From Histomonas meleagridis 2922-C6/04-290x (taxonomy: Eukaryota > Protista > Parabasalia), in NCBI GenBank assembly GCA_020184695.1, contig JAANOX010000275.1, positions 186,001 to 250,000 of the forward strand: a stretch of DNA of 64,000 bases. Reading direction: 5' to 3'. How positions within the stretch are numbered: position 1 is the first letter of the stretch; every line of letters starts with the position of its first letter. The notes under the pieces are model-generated. The model did not search any database, was not told the DNA's origin, and worked only from the letters and a program-made list of their open reading frames with translations. Shown here piece by piece: positions 61,134 to 64,000 of the stretch. The position numbers and the translations under genes were made by a program.

Positions 61134-62168
61134 CTTAGTAGTCAAAAAGCGACGGTTATTGTTTGGTCGCATGGCAAACTTAATTTTCTATATATGCTTA
61201 AATCTGTGACTAAAAATTATTTCTGTATATCACAAAAAAATAAACGTCTTTCGCCTGAATTTGTTGACTGCATTGATATATTATGAAAATTCAATTCGAT
61301 TGGTCAAATTTTAAATATTAAGTGATCGCTAGTATACTTCGGAAAGTATATGTTCTATTTCGACTTGTTTTAACTTATTATTAATATTATACATTTTGTA
61401 TAGTTTATTGTAGTCTTCCTCTGATATTAACAAAGAAACTACTCTAAAATAATATATATATGATATTATTTTTCTAATATTATTCATATATATAATACAG
61501 ATCTAAAAAATTGTGGAAAACTATAATGTTCGAAATAAGTTAATATTAATGTGATATTATTATCATAATCATATTTAATCATATAAGGTTTATATTCATT
61601 TATATATTTATCTAAATTTTTTACTTGTTTATTTATGAAATTTTCAGGTTTTTTGATATAAAACATGTATTCATCATATATTTTAATGTTGTTGTCAACT
61701 CGTTGTTGTTGTTGTTATTTTTGAAAAATATTCTGATATTATATAGTTTTTCAATTAATTCTTTTATTTTAGTATTTGCATTAATAAAATTACCATTTTT
61801 CAAATTATCCGATAGGTATCGATATAACACTAGACATTAATGCTCCATTTATATCAATATAATAGTATTTCTCAATCAAATGTATATTTTTCCATATAGT
61901 TCATAAATATATACATTCTAATCGAATTTTATTAGCAATATCACCACTCAATTCATATATATTATCAAAACAACCATATTCATACATAATTTTCTTCATT
62001 AAATCGCTTGCCTTATAATAGTTTTAAACATTAATATTTACATTCGATTTATTAATAATCTTTTACAGATCATTTAATCTATAATCTATGTCAATATCTT
62101 GTTTATCATAACCAAATAACTTTTTATTTTGTTTATATTTAACAGTATCTATATTTGGAATATATTTT

Positions 62169-62944
62169 TCATAACAATCTTATTATATCATTTGTTTGAG
62201 GGCTTAACCCATCAGATTTACGTATGTTTGGCATTACTTTTTTTGCCAAAGAAAACAAAAGTAAGTCAAGTGGTTGCACTTGATCACTTGAATGGGATGG
62301 AATTACTACTGCAAGATCCACGTTAAATGCAAAACATTCATCCTCAAAATAATCTGTAAAATGTTGCTTCAATCCATCTAGTATCAGCACTGCAGATCTA
62401 TCGAAGTATGGATCTTCCTTTCGATGAGATTCTAATCTTTTTTCTATTTGGGGAAAAAAACATGGCGTACCCCTAAAAATGAAATTTATAAATCCATTTT
62501 CCTGGTTACAGATCATTACTTTTTTTCTGGCTTAATACCAATATCATAAAGTTCTTTGTCTATAGTTATCCTTGGAACAACAACAAGAGGTTTTAAATAT
62601 GACCCATCCGCAAATATGCAGTGCAAAATCGTAATTCTTTTTTTCATTCTTTCTATTGGTATACTCCCTTCTTTCGCCCATTCAGGGATAACAATCGGAT
62701 TTACTCTGCCTTGTGAAATTTCACCTTCCATTCTTTTGTGGGAGATATTGGTGATCGCCTGTAGAGAAACAGATTTGCCATTTATGACCAAGTTACTGAT
62801 TTTATAGATCTGTTCTCTCATCGAAGAAGACCTAATGGTGCATTCTCGTATATTAGATATTAAAATTTCTTTATCTTTTAATTCTTCTGATACTGAAAGA
62901 TCAAGGTTTTTCAGCTTTGAAGGTGGCTTCTCGACCACTTCCAT
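62169..62944 (-). mobile_element. pogo/DDE_1 transposase remnant
   Basis: ITILHCIFADGSYLKP, AVLILDGLKQH, IPSHSSDQVQPLDL. Confidence 0.8.
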
Positions 62945-63379
62945 TAAAATGACAAATTTATTTCAAATTGTGACGACCACAGACAAATCAGTAAAAGGCT
63001 ATTTTACATCCTGGTCTACAGGTTTTTCACCGCAGTCTATATTTAATAGCAAACATTAATGCTTTCAACATAATATTGTTTTTATTAGAGTTTAGGATAT
63101 AAGTTGAATTATTTTGACATGTTAATTTGTTGATTAATTTTATTTATAGTTTTATTTTCAGATTGTTTGATTTTTAATGTGTGTCTCATTCTTTTATATA
63201 TATTTGAAATCCTCATATGAACTATATCCATATTTCTCAAACATTTCTATAACTTGTTAGATTGATAGTTTCTTTGACATCTAATTACGTGCTTTTTGAG
63301 ATTCTATAGAAGTCAACACTTTCAAACAACCTATTCCTACCTTAAATGATTCGTCTCAGCTAGATGATTTTACGAAAAC

Positions 63380-64000
63380 AAATAATTTTAAGTCGTACAT
63401 GCTTGGCTTGAAAAGAATAATGAAGGGGGATATATTCCCAAATGCTAAAAAGTATGTCACAATACAACTTATGATAGTTTTTTGCGAAAAGTACAAATCA
63501 GAATGTTAAAAATAAAATAGAATCTATAACAATAGAAAGTTTGCTTTTATGGCTTTTTACGAATTTCCGAGGCGTACAGATTAATGTGGAAAGAAATAAC
63601 ATATGATCAGGACGGACGTTTGGTATTACTCATTCCTTATTCTACAACAGATCAAACAGGGAGGAGAGTCAATGTGTACATTTGTCGTTCGAACACAATA
63701 TATTCCCCTTTTATATGGTTACCAAAATGGATAGAATTAAGTCATATAAATGAAGAATAATCGAATGTCTTTACATTATGTGATAGAACATTTAGGAGAA
63801 AGTTTAAATTGCAATTTAAAAAAATTGGAGTGAATCCAGAGTGTTATTCAACACATTTTTTTCGTAAAAATGCCGCTCATGAACCATCATTGGCTGGAAT
63901 TGCTGATTGCAAAATTATAGCCCAAGGAAGATGGATTTCTTCATGCTATCAGCGTTATACTTCTATCCAAATGGTTGAGGCTGGAGATGCAATTACAGTT
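63380..64000 (+). mobile_element. tyrosine recombinase (Crypton/DIRS-like) remnant, runs off window
   Basis: THFFRKNAA...AG...QGRWISSCYQRY (HxxR, GRW, catalytic Y); upstream TDQ and degenerate FRGVQ. Confidence 0.75.

Noticed and set aside
1-64000. tRNA/rRNA genes and introns
   Set aside because: No cloverleaf, rRNA-like or spliceosomal-intron signatures recognised by eye; tRNAscan-SE or Infernal would be decisive.

Overview
Very AT-rich, intronless eukaryotic DNA that looks like a parabasalid (trichomonad, Tritrichomonas-like) genome. This host call is an inference from Inr-like TCA(T/C)TTT motifs just upstream of ATGs and from the gene families present. Apparently intact host genes are few: a PAK/STE20 kinase with two CRIB-like motifs, a CAMK-group kinase, a 2183-aa degenerate BEACH protein, an orphan, a ubiquitin-like-domain protein and a DP/E2F factor. 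They sit in a dense graveyard of DNA transposons (mariner, Tc1, pogo/DDE_1, MULE, Merlin/IS1595-like, Helitron, tyrosine-recombinase element). The standout is the block at ~240-7640. It holds a near-complete CRESS ssDNA virus (kirkovirus-like; intact HUH-SF3 Rep, intact short capsid, two damaged accessory ORFs). This runs, across only a 28-bp spacer, into Maverick/Polinton-type genes (hypothetical, rve integrase, fibre-like, penton-like). It could be a chimeric integrase-carrying Rep/Cap virus or a nested insertion. The second highlight is a ~6-kb MULE (54972-60961, 9-bp TSD) carrying two paralogous surface-protein C-terminal fragments, which is Pack-MULE-like gene capture. All family assignments come from motifs recognised by eye; no searches were run.
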